DNA of 63,873 nucleotides, filler included, from Choristocarpus tenellus KU-1152 (Eukaryota > Protista > Phaeophyceae): assembly GCA_964200185.2 (NCBI GenBank). It is 11 parts of 11 records of this genome, joined end to end, with 100 filler letters (N's around TTAATTAATTAA, not from the genome) between each part and the next. Parts side by side here need not be neighbours in the genome. Positions count along the whole stretch, not along the records: positions 35,234 to 40,808 come from CAXNAD020010373.1; positions 40,909 to 45,002 come from CAXNAD020016253.1; positions 45,103 to 53,395 come from CAXNAD020004885.1; 8 more parts are not named here. One strand, written 5' to 3'. Shown here piece by piece: positions 36,325-48,333 of the stretch (positions are counted from its first letter, which is position 1; every line of letters begins with the position of its first letter). A program made the translations under genes and the position numbers. The notes under the pieces were generated by a model. It had not been told where the DNA came from and ran no database searches. It saw only the letters and a list, made by a program, of their open reading frames with translations.

Positions 36325-37794
36325 CTGCAGTGTCGACCATACGCAACAAGGGAGATGTGTTGAGGTGTGCCAAGGAGGGTGATGGTGGTTTTTTGTGCTT
36401 GTGTCCTACATCAATTCCTGGAACGCGGGAACACAATAATCACCCACCACTAGCTAACCGGGAATAGCACTTTGGCTTTTGCATAGCATAAACGGCCAGA
36501 TGGGGCATGATATCTATGGCCGCATTTCTTCTTCAAGCATTGGCTACAATTGATGCCACTCCTAGGTGTCGAAGTGTCCTCGTGCTGAACAAGCGAGGCT
36601 TGGAAATGGGTTTTAATATGGATTCCAATGATATCCACAGCCAAAGGAGATATAGCTTTCGCGAGAGAGTCAGCAAGCTTTGAATGAGGCAACGGAAAAG
36701 CACTGGAGAGTGCAGTCGCTCATATCATCCCACTACACCAAATGGCTTGGTTTGAGTATCTTGCTTGGTTTTCTCAAGTTGGAATACGGGTCGCTCTTGG
36801 CAACCCAAGAGCAGTAGTAGTGCACAAATGAAGAGAAAAACAATGCAGTCGTTGAATAGTATGTCGACCATCTGTGTTAAGCAACTCCTACTGTAGCAGT
36901 TCACCTCTGCTCCAACTGGGTTGTAGAAAGAGTGTCCATGCATACCTCGTGCGTGACTCCACAGTTCAGCTTCTCAGTCATCTGCGAGGCGATCTCCATT
37001 GGAACAGTCATATGAGTCCTCCAAGTATTCTTCCAGGGGCTATGGAATGGTGGAAGGGAGACGCACACGTGACAAAAGTTGAACTTGATTTGAACCATCT
37101 TCTTGATGTCACGACCAAGGTTGATCGGCGCTCAAGGAAGTTCTCCTGCTACCCAGAGCTCAGTTCAATTATCACCGAATAAAAACATTAATCATCCCAG
37201 CACTATCAACTCGAAGAAGTCAATAGTCCCCACTATCACACCTAGCTCGTTCGCCAACCGTTTGGAGGGGCTTCCTACCAATGGTCCAACGTGGACCACC
37301 GCTCCAGGAAGGAAGGTTGCCTTGGAAATTTGCACCAGGAAAGTGATAATTGATTGGCTGGGTATTCAACGCGAAATTCGGTGCAATGTAGGCTCCCCAG
37401 TGCATATGCAATCCAGGTAAAGACCCAGCAGTGATCAGCCCTACACAGACCAGAGATCACCCTACAATCCACAATGCACTGAATTGACCCGATCATGTTT
37501 TGCCGAAGCGCCGAAACATAATATCGGTATTTTACTGTGCTCTTATTGGACAAATTAGGAAGAATATTTTTCATCTCTCTTTTTTCCTCCATGTTTAATT
37601 TCTCCACCTCCACTCTTGTTTGAGATTCTTGCCATTCTCCATGTCCTGTAGGTGGGGTTGCACAATGACTGCTTGGTGCGGTATGCTGTAGGTAGTGTCC
37701 ATAGAAAAGTAAGTGTTCGAATCTGCATGTACCCCGGAAACTTGGTTTGATAGTCGATTGCAGTCGAGTAGTTGCAGCAGCAAATTAATACTAA

Positions 37795-37928
37795 ATGGTG
37801 AAAGGGTCCAAGATGAAGAATTACTGCTCTGGCGCCCTTCAACTTGTGGACTACCTAAAGGCTAACAAGTACTCGGCCTACGTGCTTCTGGCCATGGTCT
37901 TTGTTCACCTCTCGAACCAATATGACAG
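37795..37928 (+). CDS. MFS transporter (Spinster-like), exon 1
   Basis: MVKGSKMKNY...YSAYVLLAMVFVHLSNQYD(R): TM1 ending in an NxxDR motif; AG|GT donor, phase 2; start could be the second ATG at 37813. Confidence 0.8.
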
Positions 37929-38227
37929 GTCTCCTCCGAATGAATACATATCCCTTTACCTTGCGGTGGTGGTGAGAGAGGTCTGTTAAGAGAGATGTTT
38001 GAATCCCAACCTTCGACCTCGATGAGCCATTCGCTGGACATTTCGTGTCATGATTCTTGTACGGTATGGTAGTGACTCGATTATAGTGTCTCGCTTTAAC
38101 GCATAATCTCATCTGAAAGATTTACATTCTTGTCCATCCCCCTCGGGGAGATTATTCGAATGGAGTATGAAGAGAAGAGGGAGGCGCTTTTACGAGCACG
38201 AAAACCTACACACCCATACATTCTCAG

Positions 38228-38369
38228 GTACCTCTTCTCTGTAGCCGAAATCCCCTTCGTGGACTATGATAGCTATGAGTACGCCCTTTTGGCTGGCCCT
38301 ATCTTCACCACGGTCAACACTATATCGGGTGTGCTCATTAGTTTCCTGGGAGAGGTCCGACGCGTCAGG
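38228..38369 (+). CDS. MFS transporter, exon 2
   Basis: CTCAG acceptor; YLFSVAEIPFVDYDSYEYALLAGPIFTTVNTISGVLISFLGEVRRVR (TM2 and motif-A-like loop); AGG|GTAAGC donor. Confidence 0.88.
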
Positions 38370-38714
38370 GTAAGCATTACATTCCTCCTAGCCATTTTTC
38401 CCTCCCGTTGCTTGCTTTCTGTTGCTGTGGCTGTGCTCCCTAGTTGATGACTGCCCAGCCCTCATAGCAGACTCCTGGAGTATGGTGGGGTTATGAGAGG
38501 ATTGGAAAAAGGTCTAGGTCTAGGGCAAGAATTCTGCCCAAGCTTTACTTCCAACCTCCCGCCTATTCGGCGCACATCCTGAAATATAATTTCTCCGACT
38601 CCCACCACCCGAATAATCTTAGCTCCACCTAATGTCAACTTGTCTTACCCGTCCCAACCCAACCACTTCGAGTTCAATGCCTCCCCCATTCCCCGTATCA
38701 TCGCGTTCCCAAAG

Positions 38715-38895
38715 GTGCTGTGTCTTGCAGCTCTTGTTTGGAACATATCAACTATGCTAGTGGCATCCTCAGGGGCACTCTGGCAGGTGACATTGGCAAG
38801 GATCGGTCAAGGATTAGGCGATGCCGCCTGCAACCCCTTCGCTGCAGCCATACTGAGGGATCACTTTGATGCCGGGGTCATTGGGGCGGCTATGG
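38715..38895 (+). CDS. MFS transporter, exon 3
   Basis: VLCLAALVWNISTMLVASSGALWQVTLARIGQGLGDAACNPFAAAILRDHFDAGVIGAAM(G), with the RxxxGxGxA..P..D.F motif; G|GTGAGG donor. Confidence 0.92.
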
Positions 38896-39938
38896 GTGAG
38901 GCGTCTGTCCTTGCGTGTCCATCTAGGATAGGTCGTATGCACATACATCAATGCAATTTGAAATATATCTCTTGTCCGAGGGAAACGTTACACTATACTA
39001 CGGGTGGGGGGGGAGTATCAACAGTTATGCGATGCCTCGCAATTGTGATTGAAACTGAAGAAAAGGAAAGAAAAGACATGTCCAAGGTCAACGGTCGGAC
39101 ACATATTGGGCACTCAAAGGTCATGTAGTGCTACATGTGCAATAAGGGGAGGGTTGTGTGAGGTATGAACACAAGCACTTCTATGTTCAAGAGACTTTGG
39201 AGCTCCCCTAACTTGAGTCATTTGGCTGAATCGCTGAGTGTGGGGCACACGGCCACCCCCTGGTGCCCCCATGACTGCAGGGGCCAATTACCCCTCGAGC
39301 GTAGCTTTCCCTTGCTCTGGTTCCCAACATCTACCACCTGATTGAGTTAAATGAACTAAGACAGGGGGTGCTGCTGAGTTTCAAGGGGCCCTCAAGACTT
39401 TAGATGGCACATTCTTTTTGCGTGCATAGTCAGTCCATAGCTCTCAAATTAGTGCATTTGGGGTGTTTTGTGAGTGCGTTCAGTTTGCAGGGGCAAGTCA
39501 TCCTTACCGACACCCTTTTTCGAATCTCTTGATCTTTCTATTAAAACAAGGGTTTGAATAACCACTCTTGATGCCCAAAACGCCCAAAACACACACAACG
39601 CCTCTCCATTTATCCCTGAACTCGTTTTAGGAAACCCTTGAACTTTCTTGGCCGGACCAACTAACATACGACACACGCTTGAACACGCGCAAATTGCAAG
39701 CTGCCCCCAATTCCCCCCGAGAAGCGGCAGTTAGTGTGCATTGGCGACAAATATCCTGCATTACTACACCGCGACAGACGCTCTGGAGCACTATTTTTTG
39801 TTTCTTTATTCTTGAGTTCACCGTTACAAAATGGAGTTGAGGCGACCATTTTTTCCGAATATATATATATAGATGCATCGATATATGTATGAAACGAAGT
39901 GACTATATTTTATAAACTGCTTTCTGCCTGCATGAACA

Positions 39939-39940
<2 letters not shown>

Positions 39941-39975
<35 letters not shown>
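39941..39975. repeat. (AC)n microsatellite
   Basis: About 17 AC units in MFS intron 3. Confidence 0.95.
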
Positions 39976-39976
<1 letters not shown>

Positions 39977-40195
39977 TTACAAGAAAATATATACATAACT
40001 CGAAATCAACAAGCACTGCCCCTAACAACCGATCCAGTATCCCTGCAGTGCGGGTTCGATTTGATTGACAGGCCACACAAAGAATAGCCCAACATTATCT
40101 AGCTTCTTGCAGCAGTAATCGCCTCCACCCCCCCCCACCCCCCCACCCCACCCATCAAGAATCCTTCGATTGAATTTTTGTTTTGATCCTGACAG

Positions 40196-40574
40196 GCGTG
40201 TACTACGTTGGTCTCTATGCTGGGTACAGCCTGGCACTCAGTGTGGGCACACTTGGATACCTAATACTGGGTTGGAAGATGGCGTATGCATTGGCGGGTG
40301 CCACAGGAGTTTTGGTTGTTGTCGTGATCTACAAGACGGTAAAAGAGCCGGTGCTCTCCGTAGACAGGAGGGCCTTCGTCCCCTTGAATGTTGACACCAA
40401 TTCGACCAGTGGGAGTAGGGTAGGGGAGGGAGTCCATAATTCGCAGGAAGGCGCGATGGAGGCGACAAAAGCGATAGTGGTAGAGGGAGACTCCGAGGTG
40501 CCCCTGGAGCTGCGGGCTGGAAACAGAGGAGGTAGTCCGATGTCAGCACTGGATGCCTGTTCGGTGGGGAGCAG
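40196..40574 (+). CDS. MFS transporter, exon 4 (TM5-6 and central loop); gene continues past the contig
   Basis: CTGACAG acceptor, phase 1; VYYVGLYAGYSLALSVG...GWKMAYALAGATG...VKEP; CAG|GTGGGG likely donor. Confidence 0.88.
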
Positions 40575-40808
40575 GTGGGGCAAGCTTTTGCCAGTATGTC
40601 CCTTGAGATCTATATAGGGGAGAGGGTGGACGCTGGGTGAGAAAGGCCAATGTATTTGTTTTTTCGAAGTCCCTGTTTTGAACACGTGACGTTGGCTGCT
40701 CTACCTGCCTGTGCCTGATACGCTTGCTTAGTTTCATTTATAGGGGTTTTATTGTGTAGCAGGTTGCGTTTGCGATGCGCGAGCTAATGCCCCGGCCCCC
40801 ACCCCACC

Positions 40809-40908
40809 NNNNNNNNNNNNNNNNNNNNNNNNNNNNNNNNNNNNNNNNNNNNTTAATTAATTAANNNNNNNNNNNNNNNNNNNNNNNNNNNNNNNNNNNN
40901 NNNNNNNN
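40809..40908. other. Artificial contig-joining spacer
   Basis: 44 N + TTAATTAATTAA + 44 N. Confidence 0.98.
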
Positions 40909-40999
40909 AATCACTCTACAGACACCAAGCAATCTGGCCGGGTTTATCACCTTTATCCTCTTTGATGATTTTGGGGATACTTTAACACAAGTTCCCTAA

Positions 41000-41900
41000 G
41001 CGCCAACACCTTTGAAGGTCCCTCATCCCCCATGTGTGTAACTGACCCTGCAAATAGAAGACTCCGTTTTCACACAGCCGCCTTGACAATCTCACACCAA
41101 TTCCTTAAAAGGGGATCTGTGTAGGCTCCCATACTCTTACAATCAGCATTGTCTTTGCAAGGGCACATTTTTGTAAGACAGCATGTGAGTTGGTACATTC
41201 ACGTTTCATTTGCGAAAGTTATCGTGAATGACTAAATTACGTCCCATGCTCCGAAATTTGGGCTTTGCACTACTTCATACATCTGACATTAGACCCATCC
41301 TTCATGACAGTAATGAATTCATTCATTTTGCATAGAGGCTACTAATGATCGATTGTGTACAAAGATGCCCAAGACTTTCTACCATTTTGAGGTTGTGGCT
41401 AAAGACATCCCTCATGGTGATCACGCTTTCAGGTCTCAGATGCTGCAGCAGCGACCCTGTTGTTTATTGTGGACCTCTGCCACATCCAGCCGTGGGCCCT
41501 TCCAGTGGCTGCATTGGACATTGCCCCAGCAAGGAATACTGCATCCGCATCTAAATTTCGTTCAGTAGTGAAAGGACTTGCATCCTCCAGGGTCAAGGGA
41601 TGTCCATCCACCTGAAGACACTGCCCAGTTGCCTGACCATAGAGGCAGGCTTGTGCGTGAATGACTAGTGCCTACATTGTGTCTTCTGCATACAGCTACC
41701 TATCGGGGGACAATGCCTCCTCTTCTACCCCCTAGAACCTCTTTATGTTGAGGTGGAATTCTGGGGAAGGGATCTGCCTTACTGGCTGAAGTGGCTGAGA
41801 GGTTTCCCATGCATTGACCCCTTGCAAACATGGGTTACTGCAATGTGTTAAGCCACCTCAGAAGATCCCCTTCCAGGTTTGGGATTTGTGAGGAGGTTCG
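41000..41900 (-). mobile_element. Possible decayed piggyBac-like transposase remnant
   Basis: Ordered eroded motifs WKG (~41870), GKP, GHPLTLEDASPFTT..AVFLAGAM (cf. GHxxxxDNxFTS..GT), HMG (~41030, cf. YNxxMGGVD). Confidence 0.35.
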
Positions 41901-43161
41901 CCTTAGGCTCTCTTTGTATCCCCTTCCCTGGTATATGCACTGTTCCTACCTGTTTTCCTCTTCCTTCTTTGCTTATCTTTGTACCTCTTCTCTCACTGCT
42001 CCTGATATTGAAGCATAAGGTAAACATAACCATCACGTACAGATAACCCAACGAGTTATTTTGCTCTCTTGCGACGTTATTGCTAACAATGTCGACATTT
42101 TCGGGTATTTTTCTGGCATATTCAAATATATCCGTGCATCGGTTGCATATCGATATGCATCGGAATGATCGTGCACAGTAGTAGTAGCAGTATCATAAGT
42201 TCGATATGTATAGTCGTTTTCCCATTTGCTATATACGTAACACAAATAATATCACCATGCAGTTTTCTATCATGGGGAATATCAACTTAGTGTTCACTAC
42301 CCTAAGGAATTTCTTTCCGAAATTTGGAAGAAGTAAAAAACTATGACATTTTAAGAGAAAAACATAGGTCCTTGATTATGAGGAGTATGTCTCGTTTCTA
42401 GTGTTGAGAACGGTCAACTTAACATTAAGTTGTTTGCAGCCTCGAGTACTTAACCTGAATTTGTATCATACATTCAGAGTATTGTTCCTTTTTTGGATAA
42501 GATTAATTTGCACACTGCCAGGCACAATACTTAATCAGTGTTGAGGCTCCCATTCCCCTGCCATAGTGAGGGGCTATCATTCATTGCTACTCGAGATCCT
42601 TCCTCATCCTCTACCACCTCCCTGTGCATGCTTTACCTATCTTCTATCTTCAATGCCTCATCCACCAATAGGATGGAACATCCGTCTTGTTCAGATATAG
42701 AAACTCCTTGCCCCAGGATGAGGCAGTACCCAAGGTGGCACACTTCACTCTATGCAACCCTAACCCTAACCTGCACTCCATCTACGAATCATCCATGTGA
42801 CCAACCCTATCAAGCATGATCACTGAAAGGCAAGTGATCTAGAAGGTGTAAGATTTCAGTTCAGTTACGGACTGTCGATAGTTGTGATTGTGTAACCCAC
42901 AGAGCCTGGACGTGACGTGGGTGTTCTCAATCAGGTTTCGAGTGTGGTGGAATTATACGCCGAGGTCCAAAAACAGGAAAGACTCTCTGAGGCGCCATAT
43001 ATCCATGCATTAGGATGGTTGAAATGACATTTCAGTCCACGTAAATCACCTCTCGATGTTAAACGGAGCTGCAATGAAGAGAGAGAGAAAAATCCCGGGT
43101 ACAATCATGTTTGCCAGATATCCTTACTCATTTGTATAGTCTGACTCAAGCCCCTACGTCC

Positions 43162-43434
43162 GAGCCAGAACAACTGAGATGTAGGCATGATTGCACATTA
43201 AGGATCCCAAGAAATGGAAAAAAAGATAAGTCATTTTGCAAAATTGCAGACAGGGTCTCGGTTGAATTCTGGTTTCTTCTTTGTGTGCGTAAAGGGTGGG
43301 ATATCAATTTTGTATACACTATTGCGCAAATTAAAGCTATCAAATAGAGAGTATTGCACGGGGTAAGAGAGCAAGTAGATGGATCAAAAGGCAAAAAGGA
43401 TCCAAACCTGCCTACCTCTCAATTGGTTCGACTC
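43162..43434 (+). mobile_element. MITE family 2, copy 3
   Basis: GAGCCAGAACAACTGAGATGTAGGCA ... TGCCTACCTCTCAATTGGTTCGACTC; body aligns with 29038 and 31082. Confidence 0.8.
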
Positions 43435-44045
43435 ATCTGTCCTCCTTTCGTATTGCTGTCTTGTATAACCCTAACCCTAAGTCACAGAACAGGAACGATC
43501 CATCGTTCAAGGGTCCCCAGCCTTTGGCTACTTGTCTATAACATAAGACACTTGTGATCCCTAGTGTGACCAGCTAAAGCCATTACATTTTACAGGGATT
43601 GGTGGGCATATGTTCAAGGCTGTAATTCAATGTTATGATTAAGATGTCACCACATCCCGAACAGAGTAAAATGAAAAATGGGCTTCAAAATCGACACTTG
43701 TACATTTAACCAAGCCTGGAACAGAGCAAAATGACAAAAAGGACTTTAACAAGCCATTATTCACCACAATAATATTTATTTCAAGCCCCAAACGGACACA
43801 TACAGGGGTAAAACGTTTACCCTCCTAAATGTTACAAAGCCTGACCGTGACTTTCATGAGGGGAAAGATGTACCGACCCTAACCCTACCCCTACCCCTAC
43901 CCCTATAAATAATAGACTAACCCGACAAAAAATATGTCCGTATGTCCGGCCAGTCTGGCAACTCTTGTGCTGAGTGGTTTCAACTTGATACGCTTCTGGC
44001 GTGAGTATTTTTCATCCAACCACTGCATCAACATACCAGCACATC

Positions 44046-44463
44046 TCATGATTCAACAGTTACAGGTGTAACCGCTTCCTTCATCACTGCTGCTTCTTCC
44101 TGCCTATGAAGCACAGCCACATCAAAATCTCCCATCAATCCACATCCAGCCTCAACACCTCCCCCAGATGCCCGGGAAGATTCCGATCTTGATGACACTG
44201 ACAAAGTCACCTCCTCCACTGTTGACTCAATCACACTCATTTTCTCAACACCACTCATGGCTGCCGGTTCCTCTTCTCCCTCGGAGGGGATGGGTTCAGT
44301 GTCATCCTCTCTCAGAGTGCCATCGCTGGTGGTGGAACGTTCCAAGAAAAATCTGGACGAAATCATAAACCGAATAGCCTGTAGGGCGATGCTGCTCTCT
44401 CGGCGAATCTCCTTGCCCAGCAGCTTTTGAAATAGGGTTCGTCGTGGGTTCACATAGTGTGGC
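44046..44463 (-). CDS. Probable terminal exon of an unidentified gene
   Basis: T-rich tract + CCAG acceptor; 138 open codons (PHYVNPRRTLFQKLLGKEIRRESSIALQAIRF.. then an acidic/Ser-rich tail) ending in TGA. Confidence 0.6.
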
Positions 44464-44898
44464 CTGGACCATGGGCACAAAAATAGGAATTCATATATTT
44501 TTAGAACGATTCCGTTGAAAAGGGGGGCGAGTCACTGGTCAGAAACACACTTAAGAGAGCAAAATTTAGTAGATCTTGCTCTGAATGACTCTTTCATCGA
44601 GGATTACATGCTAAATGAGAAAAAAAAAAAATCTAACCCGAACCCCAACCCAACCTTTCAAGCATCTCCACCAGAGACTGACTGCAACCTTGCCGCAATA
44701 GTCCCCTACTGAAAACAGAACCACAAACCAGTAAAAGAAATTTTGTCTTGATACACAATGCATTATGCTGCAGAGTTATGACATCATTAAACACAGTGGA
44801 AGCGGCCAAGAGAAACCCTCTGTGCAGACCATTGTACCGCTATCAGACACCCTGCCCAGCGGAAACATAATCAATAGATCTATGTCTAGAATTACGGC

Positions 44899-44939
<41 letters not shown>

Positions 44940-45002
44940 ACACCCCACCCCTCTTTCCCCCCCCCTTTCTCAAAACAAAAAACCATCCACCCACCAACAA
45001 CA

Positions 45003-45102
45003 NNNNNNNNNNNNNNNNNNNNNNNNNNNNNNNNNNNNNNNNNNNNTTAATTAATTAANNNNNNNNNNNNNNNNNNNNNNNNNNNNNNNNNNNNNNNNNN
45101 NN
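45003..45102. other. Artificial contig-joining spacer
   Basis: 44 N + TTAATTAATTAA + 44 N. Confidence 0.98.
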
Positions 45103-46552
45103 GGGGGAGAGGTCATTTTGAAACAGTTTTTTTTTCGTTTTTTTTTCTCTTCCCAATAGTACTGGCGATCCATTGGCTAACTGCAGAGCCATTCGGGTAA
45201 AAAGCTGTACAACTTGCAAGGTTCTGTGGTCATTCAATTTCGAACGTCGGCCCAAGAGTTCACTTCCCATTTCTGCTTTCTAGTGTCTTTTGTTGCCGAA
45301 AAAATATATAAACAGGCCATCCACATTGGTAGCATGGTAGGCACAGCTCGATTGCTGGCGTGGTCAATTGATAGCTGCAAAGTGCTTGCAAGGTGCAACG
45401 TGGATTCTAATCCAGCCTGTTCCAAAGTATATAACACAGGGTCAATGCACTATTTGGGTGCACAGGTCTGTCGCACAGTTTGTAGGGCGAATCCCAGAAC
45501 TCCGATGGCCTTTACTGGGCAGGCAGCTGCAGTTTAGCACTGAGCTTTAAGGTGTGCACTACTTCTTTGCATACGCTTCCCAGAACTTGACACCGATTTC
45601 AAATTTTCCGTGCTAGTGCAGGTATCTACATATTCCTCTTTGAGTCTGAATCGTAGTAAGCAGCATGCTGTTTGTGAACCCTGTGGTAGGACAAAGGGTG
45701 TCCCTCTGCATTGGACGTTTTGAGCGACTACACAATGGTACACACTGGAGCTGTGCATTCAGTAACGGACTCAGGTGACAAGTTCATCTGGTCATGTGGT
45801 CATACAGTCTGCGTACATATATCCTCTCCGTTGATCACATTCCGTGTGGCATTGCCTTGGTTGTCCATCCCGATGATCAGTGTCAGAACTCGGGGTGTGG
45901 AGTGTATCGCTCATACTGCCCACTACTTTGGTCGAAATGATCACTAGCGGGCAGAGCGGAATAATCCTTGTGATTTTTTCCAGCAATGGTCTACACAGTT
46001 TTTTAAGCATACCTCCAACGACTTCTTTCATGAGTCATATGGTGCCGAGCACTAAACCCTAACCCTATACCTGCCTCTTCAGATGCTGATCGGTGTCTAT
46101 CTCACCCAAATTTTATCTGTCGCTTATCGGTCACTTATTTATTGTCTGTTGGAGCCCCCATCCCCTGTGAAATTCAATTGCAGGATTACTCCGTGCTCTT
46201 CATTTACGTACATAACGCTTCTGTTGCTGATATCGTATGCACTACCTTACCTTACCCTCCATAACAAAATTGGTACAATACTCCTGCCAATCTCTCACAC
46301 ATCCCTGTTCTGCGTGTAGCCCCCAATGTGTAATCCCATTTCCCAATCTCTGCAGCATTTCTATGATCCTTCCTAGAAGAGCCGCCACCCACCTCGACAA
46401 ATCACCCAGAAATAAAAAAAGAAGATGCTTTGCTTTTTTTCGAGAGAGAGCTTTTTACCCGAATGGCTCTGCAGTTAGCCAATGGATCGCCAGTACTATT
46501 GGGAAGAGAAAAAAAAACGAAAAAAAAACTGTTTCAAAATGACCTCTCCCCC
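45103..46552. repeat. Perfect 104-bp inverted repeat pair (45103-45206 / 46449-46552)
   Basis: Exact reverse complements, including both 9-nt homopolymers. Confidence 0.95.
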
Positions 46553-46796
46553 CCCCCCAGAAGTGATTCGTACTTCAACCTTTTTCTGTCAGAGGAGTTG
46601 GTTTAGTAGATTGGCGGTGGGTGATAGCACCTCCCGACTCAGCAGTACCCTTTTTAGAACGAATGTTATTTTGTTGGAGCTACCAACCACCCTGTGCCTA
46701 TGCTGGGGGGCCCTTGAATGACTTTTGTGTTGAATTGGTTGAGGGTAGCTGATGTGATAGCAGCGACCCTTTTCCCTTTGGGGTTGACAAAGACAG

Positions 46797-46901
46797 GCTA
46801 TTTGGTCAGAGAAGTTTACGGGCTCCCCCCAAAGCGTCGCATCTATCTCCACATGCCACGTCTGCTTCTACAGCGTCTCCCACCCAAACCACTCTCACAA
46901 G
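46797..46901 (+). CDS. Candidate exon of an ELYS-like nucleoporin gene
   Basis: ACAG acceptor; YLVREVYGLPPKRRIYLHMPRLLLQRLPPKPLSQ; G|GTGCAT donor, phase 1. Confidence 0.55.
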
Positions 46902-47097
46902 GTGCATTTAGAGTGTTTGGTGACAGTTACAACTGTCCACTGCCTCGCTCCTAGCAATAGGTACTGCTATCTTGATGATGATAATAATAATAATAACTTC
47001 AGTTGATGCATGCCATAGTTTAAGGAGGTACTATGAGTATGTGCTTTGTAACATTATTGACGTCCTCTGGTAATCTCATACATTTCATGTTGCAAAG

Positions 47098-47140
47098 ATG
47101 ATCCTGACTTGCACTCACACTGCCAAATGAGTCTTCTCAG
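47098..47140 (+). CDS. Candidate small exon of the ELYS-like gene
   Basis: AAG acceptor, phase 1; (D)DPDLHSHCQMSLL(S); CAG|GTGAGA donor, phase 2. Confidence 0.5.
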
Positions 47141-47278
47141 GTGAGACAGAAGCTACCAAAAGTATTGCTGCATTTTTTTGGGAAGACCTTGCTTGCGTTG
47201 TTTCTGGTGAGTTTGCACCATTGCCCCTTTTGCTTGGTGTGTTGTGTACTGACTACAAGTTTGCCTTTGGGTTTGCAG

Positions 47279-47345
47279 CGTGATGGATGCAGCCTTCAAG
47301 AGCGACATTGGCAAAGAGAAGACTCACACTGCCCCTACCTTTAAG
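47279..47345 (+). CDS. Candidate exon of the ELYS-like gene
   Basis: TTTGCAG acceptor, phase 2; VMDAAFKSDIGKEKTHTAPTFK; AAG|GTAAGG donor, phase 0. Confidence 0.65.
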
Positions 47346-48333
47346 GTAAGGTTAGAAGATAGGATACGGGGACCACATGTCCGGGAGGGGGAATGGTAGA
47401 CAGACCGCACTGCTTTGTGTTTGGGAGTATTAATATTTTAGTTTTGACTTATTGGCCTGCTTCAGGGGCTCAGCAAGCAACCACTGTCCAATAACTGCAG
47501 CAGGGTTAGGGGGTGGGATCTATAAAGTGTATGTTATTGAGGACTTTCACAAAAGTGACAACCTATGCTTTTTGTCCTGAGAAGGGATATCACTGTTTGG
47601 TGGACAAAAGAAGGCATGCAGAAGATTACTTCTTATTGCCAGGAATGGAGTGAGTGGGTTGTTATCCACTACAATTTCATTCCTGTATTTTGGGTTCTCA
47701 ATGACAGTCATCTTCGCAGACTACACATACTACGCACAGTTCATCTTGCACTGTGTTCTGTGCAATGGGAGCATAACCGCCTTGGTGTCTGTGCAAGCCT
47801 GTTACTTGGTGTAAACCATCACAAACCGCCATCAATGGCATGAAGTATGTTGAACTAGTATTTAGAAGAGATCAACTTCTGATTGCTGAGTTTAACCTCT
47901 TTCCCTCAACCTGCAGTGTGAAAATCGCTTTTTGTGTGTTCTACGTAATACTTGTTGGGGAGCCATGCCATTAGTCAGCCCCCTTTCAGTACATGTAATA
48001 TGGGATGTGCATCACATGCACAGAGGATCACAAACTAAGAGCATTCAGTGGCATTGTCTCCTGACCATGCCGTCCTCTATGGTCTACTACTTCTCTTACC
48101 TGGGTTCCTGTTCATATACATATGTATATGCTTAATTACTCTTTATGCCGGCACCCAACCACCCTTTTCACATCTGAACAGCTCCTGAATGTCGTTGTCT
48201 GCGCCCGTTGTTGAGAATATTTTACCTATTGTTATGTTGCAATATTTCAGTGAACAACCTCTGTACACATCAGGAAACGCCTGGTCTCTTTTCAGTACTA
48301 CCCACCACACCATCCTAATACCTATCCCATCAG

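Noticed and set aside
44899-45002. Poly-Pro or poly-Gly coding, or G-quadruplex elements, at contig ends
   Set aside because: Long C/G homopolymers and noisy sequence next to gaps are typical low-quality read ends
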